A DNA stretch of 64,000 nt from Fistulifera solaris (taxonomy: Eukaryota). Location: assembly GCA_030295235.1 (NCBI GenBank), contig AP026143.1, positions 496,001-560,000 on the forward strand. Direction: 5' to 3'. Positions 38,917 to 52,080 of the stretch are shown piece after piece (position 1 is the first letter of the stretch; every line of letters starts with the position of its first letter). Made by a program: the position numbers and the translations under genes. The notes below the pieces were generated by a model, which was not told the DNA's origin, did no database searches, and saw nothing but the letters and a program-made list of their open reading frames with translations.

Positions 38917-39373
38917 TGTGTCGTTAAATGTGAATGTAGAAGTTAAGTTGCATTCGTCAATTCAAAATACATTACTTTTGATGAGCAATCTTTCATGATT
39001 TTTGTTGTTCATCATCTTTGTCGTCAACTCGATCATCGCGACATTTTTTGGGTTTTGGCTTTTTTGACACCACTTGTCACGCCTCACCACAATATTGTGA
39101 AAAGTAGTTAAATGAGTTTCTCGGTTTAATCATTTGTAACCTACTGCGACTAAGTGTTGACCCAACCTGGTTTTTGCTTTACTATAGCACAAATAGTATG
39201 CATCTTTTGCTCGCATCGCATCGCGCTCTCTCGTTCGTGTGAACGTTACTCGTCATCTCTCATTGTCATTGAATGACAAACAGGTTTAGCTTATCGCTTG
39301 CAATAAGACCCTTTCACACCAACAAGCCGCAGGAGCTATCTATCTACCAGGTTGTTGTTGAATCGAACAAAAA

Positions 39374-40665
39374 ATGGTCGTACGAATCGACATGAAACGG
39401 CGGAGAAATGGGTTTAGCACGCCGTATTCCGTGCCACAAATTGCTGCCTGGATCGCTTTGGTGTTGTCCTTTTGGAATTCATTCTCTTCGTATCACCCTT
39501 GATGCCACTGGAAATTTCGATACCTGTCACAATTTATTTCGTGGCTCTCATTGTGGGAGTTGTCTATTTTGGTTCACGGACACAGTTGATGGACCCGATT
39601 GATCTTCATCTTTTCAATGATTTGCGCGCTTTGAGCCAAGAAGATTCCACCAACAACGCCTCCGATTACTTTCACATTACTGGAAAATGCTTACCGCAAC
39701 TCTACCAGCGATTGAATCCGGAAATAACATCCTTACCCGAGGAAGAAATGAAACAATGTTGGATATGTGAGACGATGGTGGCCGATCATTCGATGCATTG
39801 CAAGTTCTGCAACAAGTGTGTGTATCACTTTGATCATCATTGCATGTGTAAGTTTAACAATGGAACATGTGCGCGGAAAAAATGTGTCTGACAACTATGG
39901 ATCCCACAGGGCTCAATACTTGCGTGGGGTCGCACAATTATAAGGACTTTTTTCGAACCATGTGTTTTATCTTTGCCATGGAAGTCTCACATTTTGTCAT
40001 TCATTTGGTTCTACTGATAATGAGCTTCGTCGATGATTCCGATATTGCGGATGATTGGATAGTGGATGGATTTGCGGAACTCGTGTACGCGGTCTTACTC
40101 TTCTTTGCGCTATTCAATGTGGTGTCGATCCTGTTAATCGGTCAACTGTTACAGTTTCACGTTGGCTTGCAGCGTGATGGCATTACGACGTATCAATACA
40201 TTGTTAGAGATCATAAACGGAAACGGGAACGATTGCGTTTGGAAGATGAACTGCGAGGACAGCGAACGCAAAAAAATTGTGGCGGCGCGAGAGCAGGGGA
40301 AATTGTTGGAAGTCATGCGACTGAGAATAGGGGACCAATGTCGTTCAGCCGGTTGTGAAATGTGCGATCCATTGACATTGCCCGAACCAAATCCGGAACC
40401 GGACCCCGAGGCGGGATTCGCGGCGGCTTTGGGGACGGGTGCTAATGCTGGGGATGATGAAAGCGATGATGGGCTTGATGTTCGAAACGCGGATGCGGAT
40501 GCTGGTCGAAACTCAACAAACGCATACGCAGACAATGAGGCTTTCAGCAACGGTTCTGGTAAATCCGAACACGATAGCGGAGATAATGAGAGAGATGATG
40601 GGGCGAATGGGTTTTCGTTAGCAAACGAAAATGTAGCATCGCCCTACGAAGAAGACACGTCATGA
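39374..40665 (+). CDS. DHHC palmitoyl acyltransferase; one intron and two frameshifts
   Basis: RRNGFSTP N-terminus, CWIC..HCKFCNKCVYHFDHHCM | intron 39848-39909 | WLNTCVGSHNY, and TTYQYI. Shifts near 39472 and 40272. Confidence 0.9.
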
Positions 40666-40719
40666 TAAGGACAGCAAGTGGTAAAAATTGTTGATAAGGT
40701 CTAATGTTTTAGCAAGTCG

Positions 40720-41465
40720 TTAATTCGTTTGTCGTTCGACACTAATATGTTGTACCTGGAGCGAAAACGGAAATATACCTTCACCAAAGGTGCTCGTTGG
40801 ATTGGGTACACCGCCCGCGCGATAAAGAGAGAGCATGAGCCCTATTTCTCGCATCGAAGTTGGGTCAAATCGAAGCTTTTCAAGCTCCTCTGCGGACGGT
40901 CGAGACTGACGCCTACCACCAAATGTTGGTTTGAAGTCACTAAAAGGGAGCATAGCTTCCTGCCAGTCGTCATCATTGGACGACGCTTTGGTAGGCAAGT
41001 CGATTTGCCACGAAGGTGTTACGGTAGGATTGCCAGACCCGCGATTTCCTTCTGACAAAATGAGTTTGTATGTTTTACCGTCTCCTCGATAGCGAATTCG
41101 AAGTCCAGTCGATGAATTTGTAATAAATCTTTTGGGGCCTTACTTCGTATCGATGCAAAACCTCCGCCGTTTGTGTTGATGATCCCCGTAAATTGCAACC
41201 AACCCTCATTGTCAGCGCGATGTGATGTTTTTGATTGTCCGCCCATGATTCCATCGTCTAAACGAAACCATTCCAGCGACTTGTCGTCGAGTTGTAGCGC
41301 TCGAACCGCCCCCGATGAAACGGAAGATTCCATTATTTGTCGACCACTCGTAGCGTTCGCTCGCTGAAACCAACGAAGTATGTTGAGGCTTGTTTTATCC
41401 GCTCGGATAGTAATAACGTGAAGCAGAAAGTAAATAAGGCTCAATTCAGCGGTCCTTCGATGCAT
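40720..41465 (-). CDS. CIA30/NDUFAF1-family protein; one frameshift
   Basis: WFRLDDGIMGGQS, FTGIINTNGGGFASIR, GDGKTYK (shifted frame), LPFSDFKPTFGGR and IGLMLS. Start codon uncertain. Confidence 0.8.
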
Positions 41466-42155
41466 TGTTAATGAATACATAGAATTAGAATGTAATAACA
41501 ACCATTTTGGCAACGACAATAAAACGGCGGCAAGATGAGGTGCAATAATAGCGAAAGACGACGTTCCGAGTTTCGGAATTAACAATTAAGTACCGGTGTG
41601 TAGCGTACTTTGCATCATAATGTACTTCTGTTTCACGTTTCACGATGATCGATGTTCATTCCCTGTTCGTTATATCCATTCACGATCAATCGAGACCTAT
41701 TTCGTACACTAAATAATCAGAAAAATCGTTGTTGGGCCAGATTGATACAACAAAAGAGGACACTTCACATAAAGAAGGATAGTTGTCGGTCATAGTAAAA
41801 GTTTTAAGCGAGAAAAGCTTTGCAGACTTTCTACATAATAAACCTTACTGCAAATTTGTCCGGATTATCTTGGCTTCTTATTACGTAGTAATGTTTTCTT
41901 TACTTCTCATTTCCGACTTGAAGGGAATAATTGCGCTTAGCGCTTACTTAGTGTTGGGAAACCAAGATTCTTCCCCAATGAAATCCGATCACAACAAGCA
42001 AAAACATCGCATCTGGACCACCTTTGAAAGAAAATACGGAGTATAAACAATTCGCTCCTACCTTGTTGTTCTTCCTTCAATGAAAGGTTCATTTCCTATC
42101 ATAACTTGTTAGTTTGGTGAGCATTGTGTCGAGTCGTCGCCTAAAGCATTCAAAG

Positions 42156-43091
42156 ATGTATAGCACGCCATTTCGAGGAAGACGGTCCTTGAGCTCGTAT
42201 TTGTCGGCAGAAGATGGCAGATTCATGAGTCCTCTTTCCGAAAAGGAGACAGATTCGCATCCCACGCAGGATACCGACTCCGATACTTTCTTTTCGGCGG
42301 AAGAGTACTTGAGTCCATCTCCTCGTCGCCGTGCCAGAAGACCGGCGAGTATCCAGTGGCCCGACCAGGTTGGACAGGAATTAGAAATCATTCATCCTCT
42401 GCACGATGATTTAGAGCCGGCTACTGTGCGAATCGTAGTCTTCCTTGTCAACTCGAAGGAGAAGAAATACGAATTTGTTCATTGTGAATTTTGCAACGAG
42501 CAGCGACTACTGGTCTCTGATGTATTACAACAACTAAAGTTTACATCGGTTCTCACGCAATGGGAATCGTTTGATAGCCTCATTCGCGAAAAGTCGAGTG
42601 AAAAATTACGGGATACTCATGATCTAACGAGTTATGCTTTGAGAGATGGAGAGATATTGATAGCAACATCGGGATGCAAATCGAAGGATGGTACCAAATA
42701 TTTCAAAAGTGTTACAAAGAAACACGGCCGGTTTCTTCGCAAGGCCGTCAAAAAAGCTCGCATTCAAGGACGGGCTTTGCAGTGCTTGTTTACGAGTGCA
42801 CAATGGGCGGAAGTAGCATCTTCTCAGACAGTACTGCGCAAGTTTGCGATCGAACGAAGTGAGGCCTTTGGTGATTTTGGCTACAAATCCTCGGAAGATG
42901 AAGGCGATTTCAAAGGCTCGTCTCGTGGAGGCTTTCTCTCTCGCAAAGTTCTGCGAGAATTTCAAATGAGGACTAAGGAAGCACTGGCTGCCAAGGAAGC
43001 AAGGCGTCAAAAGTGGAAAGAACGCAATCGGAAATTCAAGAACAGAATTCGCCATTTTCCCATGGTGATGGAGTGGTACCGTGTCAAGTAA
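42156..43091 (+). CDS. Hypothetical protein
   Basis: Intact ~310-aa ORF. Central VFLVNSKEKKYEFV..VSDVLQQL..LRDGEILIA segment looks globular (possibly ubiquitin-like). Confidence 0.6.
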   Translation: MYSTPFRGRRSLSSYLSAEDGRFMSPLSEKETDSHPTQDTDSDTFFSAEEYLSPSPRRRARRPASIQWPDQVGQELEIIHPLHDDLEPATVRIVVFLVNSKEKKYEFVHCEFCNEQRLLVSDVLQQLKFTSVLTQWESFDSLIREKSSEKLRDTHDLTSYALRDGEILIATSGCKSKDGTKYFKSVTKKHGRFLRKAVKKARIQGRALQCLFTSAQWAEVASSQTVLRKFAIERSEAFGDFGYKSSEDEGDFKGSSRGGFLSRKVLREFQMRTKEALAAKEARRQKWKERNRKFKNRIRHFPMVMEWYRVK

Positions 43092-43397
43092 AATTGATTG
43101 CCGAGATCAGCTCTTGATCTCATGCTAAGATATAGAAGCAAAAGGATAGAAACTTTTTATAAAGTAATGTAAAAACGGATGGAGGTTTAAAAAATCCAAA
43201 TAGGCTTTCGAGCTAGTTTTTGGCAAAATCGTGATTCATGACTATAATGCAGTCGTGAAATAACGGCCTAGACAGCACACTTTGGCCTACAGTACTTTGC
43301 CGACTCGGCCTTGCGCATTGCAACACTGCATTGCAACTGATGAAATCATCGCTTCGACCTGCAAAAACCAATTCATTTGCGTTCCTATGCACTTAGA

Positions 43398-44329
43398 ATG
43401 AAATACATGCTGTCTTTATTAGGCACTCAGCGTACGCTTGTGTTCAGGAGGGTGGCTGAGCGAGCCGTTCGAAAAGCAGGCCCAAGGAACAACAATGTTA
43501 TTCAGCCGCAACAAACGTTTCGACGGACACAACGTCGATCGCACAGCACCTCTCCCAACGAAACTGATGAATTATCCTTTTTCGAGACGGTGCAATTACT
43601 TGCTTTCCGCGGTGCCCTGGCCGCGAGCACTGTGTATGTCATCACGGAATACTGCGTTGACGTCACACTCTGTGAAGGGCCTTCGATGCATCCGACAATT
43701 CAATCTTCGGGGGAAATCATCCTGGTCGACAAGTGGACGACTCGTCGTCATGGCATGGCCGACGGTTCGGTTGCGACGGAACGAATCATGGCGGCGCAGA
43801 GCCGGCAACGCGCCTATCAAAAGCAACAATCCAAAACAACTTGTTCAAAACAGCATTCATCTTTCTTTTGGCACGAACCGCGCGTATCTGTCTCCGATCT
43901 ACCGCCATATACTTGGTCTGACGCCTGGAAACAAATGCAATCTCCCCTGAGTGTGGGTGACGTCGTTGTCGTCCAGCATCCCTCTCGCAAAGGAACCGTG
44001 TGCAAACGGATCGTGGCTCTGCCCGGCGACACGGTCATTGGAAACACCGCACCGCGACGATCGACCTTTACTCTCGCAGCAACGTATCGGTCGTAGTTCC
44101 CGATGGCTGTTTATGGTTAGAAGGTGACAATCCGGCCAATTCGTCGGATTCGCGTGATTACGGGCCGATTCCGGCCAATTTGTTGGTAGGCCGAGTCGTC
44201 GCTCGCGTATGGCCTCCGTTTGTGTGGATGCCACGGGGATCTCCGCCTCGCACCAACCAGCCGGGGGCATCGACGGTATTGCCCGCGGGATATCAAGGCC
44301 AGCAGATCCGAAAACAGTTACCGGTATAA
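43398..44329 (+). CDS. Mitochondrial inner-membrane peptidase IMP1-like (S26); one frameshift
   Basis: CEGPSMHPT (catalytic Ser), GDVVV..VCKRIVALPGD (catalytic Lys), then VPDGCLWLEGDNPANSSDSRDYGPIP in the shifted frame (~44065). Confidence 0.88.
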
Positions 44330-45051
44330 AGGAATGCTGATCATCGCTATGTCAATTCGACGAGCAACTAAAGTTGCTACACGGAAACTAGCTAATTATC
44401 TCGTCATTCAAATGGTTAAAGTGAAGGGCCAGACTAGATATTTAACTTGGATCTTGATAGTATTATTCTCGCTTATAAATGTGTCTACGGTGACGGGACT
44501 GAATTTCTGTTCAGTCGCAGATAAAGTCATCTACATATTACTTTATAGTGAAACAGACCCAAAGAATGGATCAGCTGCATTTGAGAGAAACAACAGAAGT
44601 TGAAGCAAAAAATAGAGGGATGCAAATGGAGCGACATTGGTTCGTCTAAAACACTCATGGTCTTCCAGTCGTGACGAAAGGCAGTCAAACCAAGAGCTCG
44701 GATTCTTTTGGAGCGTAACCAGTACGACAGGATGTCATCACTGTATTTGCATGGAAAGGTGGGTCGATGACGCGGGAAGAAATGCCGTGTCGCAAACGAA
44801 AGATACACTGTGGTTTCAAAAGTAGGCGGACGAAATTGTGGCTCTTTTATTTGGCGGAGACTGAAAAAACGCCCTCCGATCCGCCGCCGCACATGCGTGC
44901 GGAGATCCATTCCGTTCTCTTTCGGCATGGGCTTTTGACACGGTGTTGCATTTGCTAATTAACAAACAAACGAATCAAGCGTCCAGAGTGTTTTAACTCT
45001 TCATTAGTGCGCTTCGTTTTCTTGTTAATCTTGTTTAGTTCTTCTGTGAAA

Positions 45052-47649
45052 ATGGAGGTACGTTGCTGGTCGCGTAATACAACGAAAATATAGCAAATAG
45101 CTTGACACGAATCTTTCCCCTCGTCGGCGGTGTGTCGGCCCATACGGCGTTGCACTTCAATGATGCAACAAATGTAGCAGTCTCTCTATTTTTCTGCACT
45201 TCAAATGAGAGTGATCTCTCACACACATACATCTATATATCTCTTCTCAATCATGCACAGATATCAGCGAGCAGTCTCGTGTTCCTCGCCGGCGTTGTGG
45301 GCATTGCCTGGGCGTACAGCCAATTCCGTATTATTGCCAAGATTCCCGTCGAAAGCAACAGCGGTAACTCCGAATCGCAACCTTTGACCAGCAGCGGCAA
45401 CGACGCCGAGAAAACGGCGCGTTTGCAAGAAATCTATCAAGCCATTTACGAAGGAGCCGAGTCCTTCTTGCGCGCCGAATACATTGTCTGCTTCTGGTTC
45501 ATTAGTGTCTTTAGTATCATTGTGCTGGTCCTCGTTGCCTGGGGAACGGGTTGGGATGCGGCGCGGGGTGTATTCACGGCGCTCAGTTTCTTGCTCGGTG
45601 CTATCACCAGTATGGGCAGTGGTTATTTGGGTATGAAGGTCGCCGTCTTTTCCAACGTGCGTACGACCGTCAGCGCCCAGAAACCCGGCTGGACCGATTG
45701 CTTCAATACGGCATTTCGGGCCGGAGCTGTCATGGGATTTGCTCTCTGTGCGCTCGGATTGCTCATGTTGTACATGACCATGTTGGCCTTTCGTATGCAT
45801 TATCCCGAAGCCAAGCAGTGGATCTATCTTACCGAGTGCATCACCGGTTATGGTCTCGGTGGTTCCGTCATTGCCATGTTTGGGCGTGTTGGAGGTGGTA
45901 TTTACACCAAGGCGGCCGATGTGGGTGCGGATCTAGTCGGAAAAGTCGTGCACGGAATTCCCGAGGTGAGTCAAATTGGTTTCATAAATAAGAGTGTTGC
46001 GTTCTTCTTTTTCTCACTATCTTTTCGAAATTTAGGACGACCCACGAAACCCTGCTACCATTGCGGATAATGTCGGTGACAATGTTGGTGATGTCGCTGG
46101 TATGGGAAGTGATTTGTTCGGAAGTTTTGCCGAGTCGACGTGCGCCGCTCTCGTCATTGGTAGCAGCATTGGAATTTCGGGAGGTTGGGATGCCATGGTG
46201 TTCCCCATTCTCGTCAGTTCGGTTGGTATCTTCGTTTGCTTGATCTGCAGTTTCATTGCGACGCACATTAAGACCGTCAAGCGTGAAGCGGATGTCGAAA
46301 TGGCGTTGAAGGTGCAGCTCATTTCGACCACCATTGTTATGATCCCCACCGTCTACTACACGGCCATGTCCTACCTCCCGGCCAAGTTTCAATTGGCAAA
46401 AACGGTCGGTACCGGAAGTTTGGATATTACTCCTTTGGATGCCACCTACTGCGTTGCCATGGGTGTAGTCGGTGGTCTCATCATTGGTTTGATCACCGAA
46501 TACTACACCAGTCATTCTTACCAGCCCGTTCGTGAGGTTGCCAACTCTTGCAAGACAGGTGCCGCTACCAACATGATTTACGGTATTGCCTTGGGATACA
46601 AGAGTGCGATTATCCCCGTTCTCGTGTTGGCGTTGGTCATCTACACTTCGTTCACGATCTGTGACATGTATGGCGTGGCGTTGGCGGCGATTGGTTTCTT
46701 GTCCAACTTGGCGACGGGTTTGACCATTGACGTTTACGGTCCAGTGTGCGACAATGCTGGTGGTAAGTTTCTTCCATTGATTCGTGTTGTATATAGCTCT
46801 GCTGATCACTTCATGAATTAATTGTTTTGCGTTCCTTGTTCGCCTACAGGTATTGCGGAGATGGCCGAGCTCGATCCTAGTGTACGTGAAAAGACCGATG
46901 CTTTGGATGCTGCTGGTAACACGACTGCTGCTATTGGAAAGGGTTTCGCTATTGGTTCCGCGGCTCTTGTATCCCTCGCTCTCTTTGGTGCCTTCGTTAC
47001 CCGCATTCGCCATGCATCCGGAGATAAAGTCTTTGCCGATGGTGTTAACATGTTGGAGCCTGTCACGTTTGCCTTCTTGATTGTGGGTGGTATGATCCCG
47101 TTCGCCTTTGCTGCTCTCACCATGAAAAGTGTTGGTGAAGCCGCCATGGCCATGGTTTTGGAAGTCCAGCGTCAGTTTGACGAAAAGCCTCATCTTTTAG
47201 ATGCCAACCCTACGGAACGACCGGACTACGATGCTTGCATTGCCATTAGTACTCAGGCTTCTCTCCGTGAAATGGTTCCTCCTGCTGCCATGGTTATTTT
47301 CACTCCGCTTTTGACCGGTATCTTCTTTGGAGTCTCGGCTGTCTCGGGTCTCTTGGTTGGATCTTTGATCGCTTCCATTCAGTTGGCCATTTCCATGTCC
47401 AACTCGGGTGGTGCTTGGGACAATGCCAAGAAATACATTGAGAAGGCTTCTCCGGACAGTGAACTTCAGGGCAAGGGATCGGACATTCACAAGGCGGCGG
47501 TTGTCGGTGACACAGTTGGCGATCCGTTCAAAGACACTTCCGGCCCAGCCTTGAACATTGTCATGAAGTTGCAAGCTGTCTTGGCTCTTGTCTTTGCGGA
47601 TACTTTCTTCGCCGTTAACGCTGGAAAGGGTCTTCTCAAGATGGGCTAA
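45052..47649 (+). CDS. Membrane H+-translocating pyrophosphatase, K+-dependent (AVP1-type); three introns
   Basis: Exons 45052-45057, 45261-45965, 46036-46763 and 46850-47649. [39 protein letters not shown] (Ala indicates K+ dependence), GGAWDNAKK and [14 protein letters not shown]. Confidence 0.96.
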
Positions 47650-47758
47650 AGTATTATGTCTATGAACACAAGCTTGCGTTAGCCTTTTAAAGAGATGTCT
47701 AACTGAAAGAAAAATAATACAATGCTGCAGTCTACTACATCCTAATTTCTTGTGTCTT

Positions 47759-48688
47759 CTATTGTTTATTTCTAATTGTGGATTGTGGCTCAATGCTTCG
47801 AACAATCGTTTGTCCTTGATAACCGGCTGGCAAAACCGTCGACTCGGCTCCATACGTATGAGGAAGGACGGGAGGTTCGCCACGACAAAACCATGGTCGT
47901 TTTCGAATCGGCCACAGCCGCAATAGAACGCGTCCAATGACCAGTTCCGTCGGTACGGGACCATAATCGCGCGAATCCGACGAATTCAACGGATTATCAC
48001 CTTCCAACCACAGATTACCGTCGGGAATCACCAACAGTCGTTGGTGCAGAGGTAGATTGAATCGTTCCGCTTGTTCCCGAGACAACAATACCTGATCGCC
48101 GGGCAATCCCAGTATACGCTTACAAATCATTCCTGGTCGATGTGGATGCCACGTTGCGACTAAATCACCCACACTGAGCGGTGAAAACAAATGTTGGAGT
48201 TTACCCCATAACGAAAGTGGTTGATGGCGATTTAATTCCGTGACCGAAATTTTGGGTTCCCACCAAACGGCTTGCTCCTCTCCTTGCTGCTGCTGAGCAT
48301 ATCGAATGCGACTTTTTCCGGTACTACCACCCGCCATGGCACGACGGCACCAGAACTTTTCCAGTAAAATGATTTCTCCAAAGGGCTCGAGAGTGGGGTA
48401 CATGCTCGGACCTTCACATTGTGTGAAATCGAAACAATACTCGCGAACAACATAGACCCAACCGGCAGCCAGAATAGCACGTGGAGCTATAATCCAGAAT
48501 TTGGATGATAACGATAAGGATTCGTACGACGGTGATGAATGAGGCAGAACAGGTTGAGAAAGATTGGACGTTGGCGATGGAGAATGATACGTAGCATTTT
48601 GTCGTTTCGGCCGGCCCTTGCAAGAGACAAGACAGTTGTTGCCTGGGTGCAAAAACTTGCCGTTGCTACGACTCCCTCGTGATGTGGT
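47759..48688 (-). pseudogene. 5'-truncated copy of the IMP1-like gene (lacks the first ~11 codons)
   Basis: Same sequence as 52081-53010, but the start and promoter are replaced by antisense PPase sequence. Confidence 0.8.
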
Positions 48689-49810
48689 GTTCGTGAGGTT
48701 GCCAACTCTTGCAAGACAGGTGCCGCTACCAACATGATTTACGGTATTGCCTTGGGATACAAGAGTGCGATTATCCCCGTTCTCGTGTTGGCGTTGGTCA
48801 TCTACACTTCGTTCACGATCTGTGACATGTATGGCGTGGCGTTGGCGGCGATTGGTTTCTTGTCCAACTTGGCGACGGGTTTGACCATTGACGTTTACGG
48901 TCCAGTGTGCGACAATGCTGGTGGTAAGTTTCTTCCATTGATTCGTGTTGTATATAGCTCTGCTGATCACTTCATGAATTAATTGTTTTGCGTTCCTTGT
49001 TCGCCTACAGGTATTGCGGAGATGGCCGAGCTCGATCCTAGTGTACGTGAAAAGACCGATGCTTTGGATGCTGCTGGTAACACGACTGCTGCTATTGGAA
49101 AGGGTTTCGCTATTGGTTCCGCGGCTCTTGTATCCCTCGCTCTCTTTGGTGCCTTCGTTACCCGCATTCGCCATGCATCCGGAGATAAAGTCTTTGCCGA
49201 TGGTGTTAACATGTTGGAGCCTGTCACGTTTGCCTTCTTGATTGTGGGTGGTATGATCCCGTTCGCCTTTGCTGCTCTCACCATGAAAAGTGTTGGTGAA
49301 GCCGCCATGGCCATGGTTTTGGAAGTCCAGCGTCAGTTTGACGAAAAGCCTCATCTTTTAGATGCCAACCCTACGGAACGACCGGACTACGATGCTTGCA
49401 TTGCCATTAGTACTCAGGCTTCTCTCCGTGAAATGGTTCCTCCTGCTGCCATGGTTATTTTCACTCCGCTTTTGACCGGTATCTTCTTTGGAGTCTCGGC
49501 TGTCTCGGGTCTCTTGGTTGGATCTTTGATCGCTTCCATTCAGTTGGCCATTTCCATGTCCAACTCGGGTGGTGCTTGGGACAATGCCAAGAAATACATT
49601 GAGAAGGCTTCTCCGGACAGTGAACTTCAGGGCAAGGGATCGGACATTCACAAGGCGGCGGTTGTCGGTGACACAGTTGGCGATCCGTTCAAAGACACTT
49701 CCGGCCCAGCCTTGAACATTGTCATGAAGTTGCAAGCTGTCTTGGCTCTTGTCTTTGCGGATACTTTCTTCGCCGTTAACGCTGGAAAGGGTCTTCTCAA
49801 GATGGGCTAA
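48689..49810 (+). pseudogene. 3' fragment of the H+-PPase gene (duplicate)
   Basis: Copy of 46528-47649 including the last intron; lacks the 5' half. Confidence 0.85.
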
Positions 49811-49919
49811 AGTATTATGTCTATGAACACAAGCTTGCGTTAGCCTTTTAAAGAGATGTCTAACTGAAAGAAAAATAATACAATGCTGCAGTCTACTACA
49901 TCCTAATTTCTTGTGTCTT

Positions 49920-50849
49920 CTATTGTTTATTTCTAATTGTGGATTGTGGCTCAATGCTTCGAACAATCGTTTGTCCTTGATAACCGGCTGGCAAAACCGT
50001 CGACTCGGCTCCATACGTATGAGGAAGGACGGGAGGTTCGCCACGACAAAACCATGGTCGTTTTCGAATCGGCCACAGCCGCAATAGAACGCGTCCAATG
50101 ACCAGTTCCGTCGGTACGGGACCATAATCGCGCGAATCCGACGAATTCAACGGATTATCACCTTCCAACCACAGATTACCGTCGGGAATCACCAACAGTC
50201 GTTGGTGCAGAGGTAGATTGAATCGTTCCGCTTGTTCCCGAGACAACAATACCTGATCGCCGGGCAATCCCAGTATACGCTTACAAATCATTCCTGGTCG
50301 ATGTGGATGCCACGTTGCGACTAAATCACCCACACTGAGCGGTGAAAACAAATGTTGGAGTTTACCCCATAACGAAAGTGGTTGATGGCGATTTAATTCC
50401 GTGACCGAAATTTTGGGTTCCCACCAAACGGCTTGCTCCTCTCCTTGCTGCTGCTGAGCATATCGAATGCGACTTTTTCCGGTACTACCACCCGCCATGG
50501 CACGACGGCACCAGAACTTTTCCAGTAAAATGATTTCTCCAAAGGGCTCGAGAGTGGGGTACATGCTCGGACCTTCACATTGTGTGAAATCGAAACAATA
50601 CTCGCGAACAACATAGACCCAACCGGCAGCCAGAATAGCACGTGGAGCTATAATCCAGAATTTGGATGATAACGATAAGGATTCGTACGACGGTGATGAA
50701 TGAGGCAGAACAGGTTGAGAAAGATTGGACGTTGGCGATGGAGAATGATACGTAGCATTTTGTCGTTTCGGCCGGCCCTTGCAAGAGACAAGACAGTTGT
50801 TGCCTGGGTGCAAAAACTTGCCGTTGCTACGACTCCCTCGTGATGTGGT
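49920..50849 (-). pseudogene. Second 5'-truncated IMP1-like copy
   Basis: Same as 47759-48688. Confidence 0.8.
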
Positions 50850-51971
50850 GTTCGTGAGGTTGCCAACTCTTGCAAGACAGGTGCCGCTACCAACATGATT
50901 TACGGTATTGCCTTGGGATACAAGAGTGCGATTATCCCCGTTCTCGTGTTGGCGTTGGTCATCTACACTTCGTTCACGATCTGTGACATGTATGGCGTGG
51001 CGTTGGCGGCGATTGGTTTCTTGTCCAACTTGGCGACGGGTTTGACCATTGACGTTTACGGTCCAGTGTGCGACAATGCTGGTGGTAAGTTTCTTCCATT
51101 GATTCGTGTTGTATATAGCTCTGCTGATCACTTCATGAATTAATTGTTTTGCGTTCCTTGTTCGCCTACAGGTATTGCGGAGATGGCCGAGCTCGATCCT
51201 AGTGTACGTGAAAAGACCGATGCTTTGGATGCTGCTGGTAACACGACTGCTGCTATTGGAAAGGGTTTCGCTATTGGTTCCGCGGCTCTTGTATCCCTCG
51301 CTCTCTTTGGTGCCTTCGTTACCCGCATTCGCCATGCATCCGGAGATAAAGTCTTTGCCGATGGTGTTAACATGTTGGAGCCTGTCACGTTTGCCTTCTT
51401 GATTGTGGGTGGTATGATCCCGTTCGCCTTTGCTGCTCTCACCATGAAAAGTGTTGGTGAAGCCGCCATGGCCATGGTTTTGGAAGTCCAGCGTCAGTTT
51501 GACGAAAAGCCTCATCTTTTAGATGCCAACCCTACGGAACGACCGGACTACGATGCTTGCATTGCCATTAGTACTCAGGCTTCTCTCCGTGAAATGGTTC
51601 CTCCTGCTGCCATGGTTATTTTCACTCCGCTTTTGACCGGTATCTTCTTTGGAGTCTCGGCTGTCTCGGGTCTCTTGGTTGGATCTTTGATCGCTTCCAT
51701 TCAGTTGGCCATTTCCATGTCCAACTCGGGTGGTGCTTGGGACAATGCCAAGAAATACATTGAGAAGGCTTCTCCGGACAGTGAACTTCAGGGCAAGGGA
51801 TCGGACATTCACAAGGCGGCGGTTGTCGGTGACACAGTTGGCGATCCGTTCAAAGACACTTCCGGCCCAGCCTTGAACATTGTCATGAAGTTGCAAGCTG
51901 TCTTGGCTCTTGTCTTTGCGGATACTTTCTTCGCCGTTAACGCTGGAAAGGGTCTTCTCAAGATGGGCTAA
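50850..51971 (+). pseudogene. Second 3' fragment of the H+-PPase gene
   Basis: Same as 48689-49810. Confidence 0.85.
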
Positions 51972-52080
51972 AGTATTATGTCTATGAACACAAGCTTGCG
52001 TTAGCCTTTTAAAGAGATGTCTAACTGAAAGAAAAATAATACAATGCTGCAGTCTACTACACCCTAATTTCTTGTGTCTT

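Noticed and set aside
45982..47193. 403-aa minus-strand ORF and the 255-aa ORFs at 47197, 49358 and 51519
   Set aside because: Antisense shadows of the conserved H+-PPase exons with no recognisable family.
46822..47649. Three 275-aa '[10 protein letters not shown]...' ORFs as independent genes
   Set aside because: Their starts lie inside the last PPase intron. They are the terminal exon and its duplicates.
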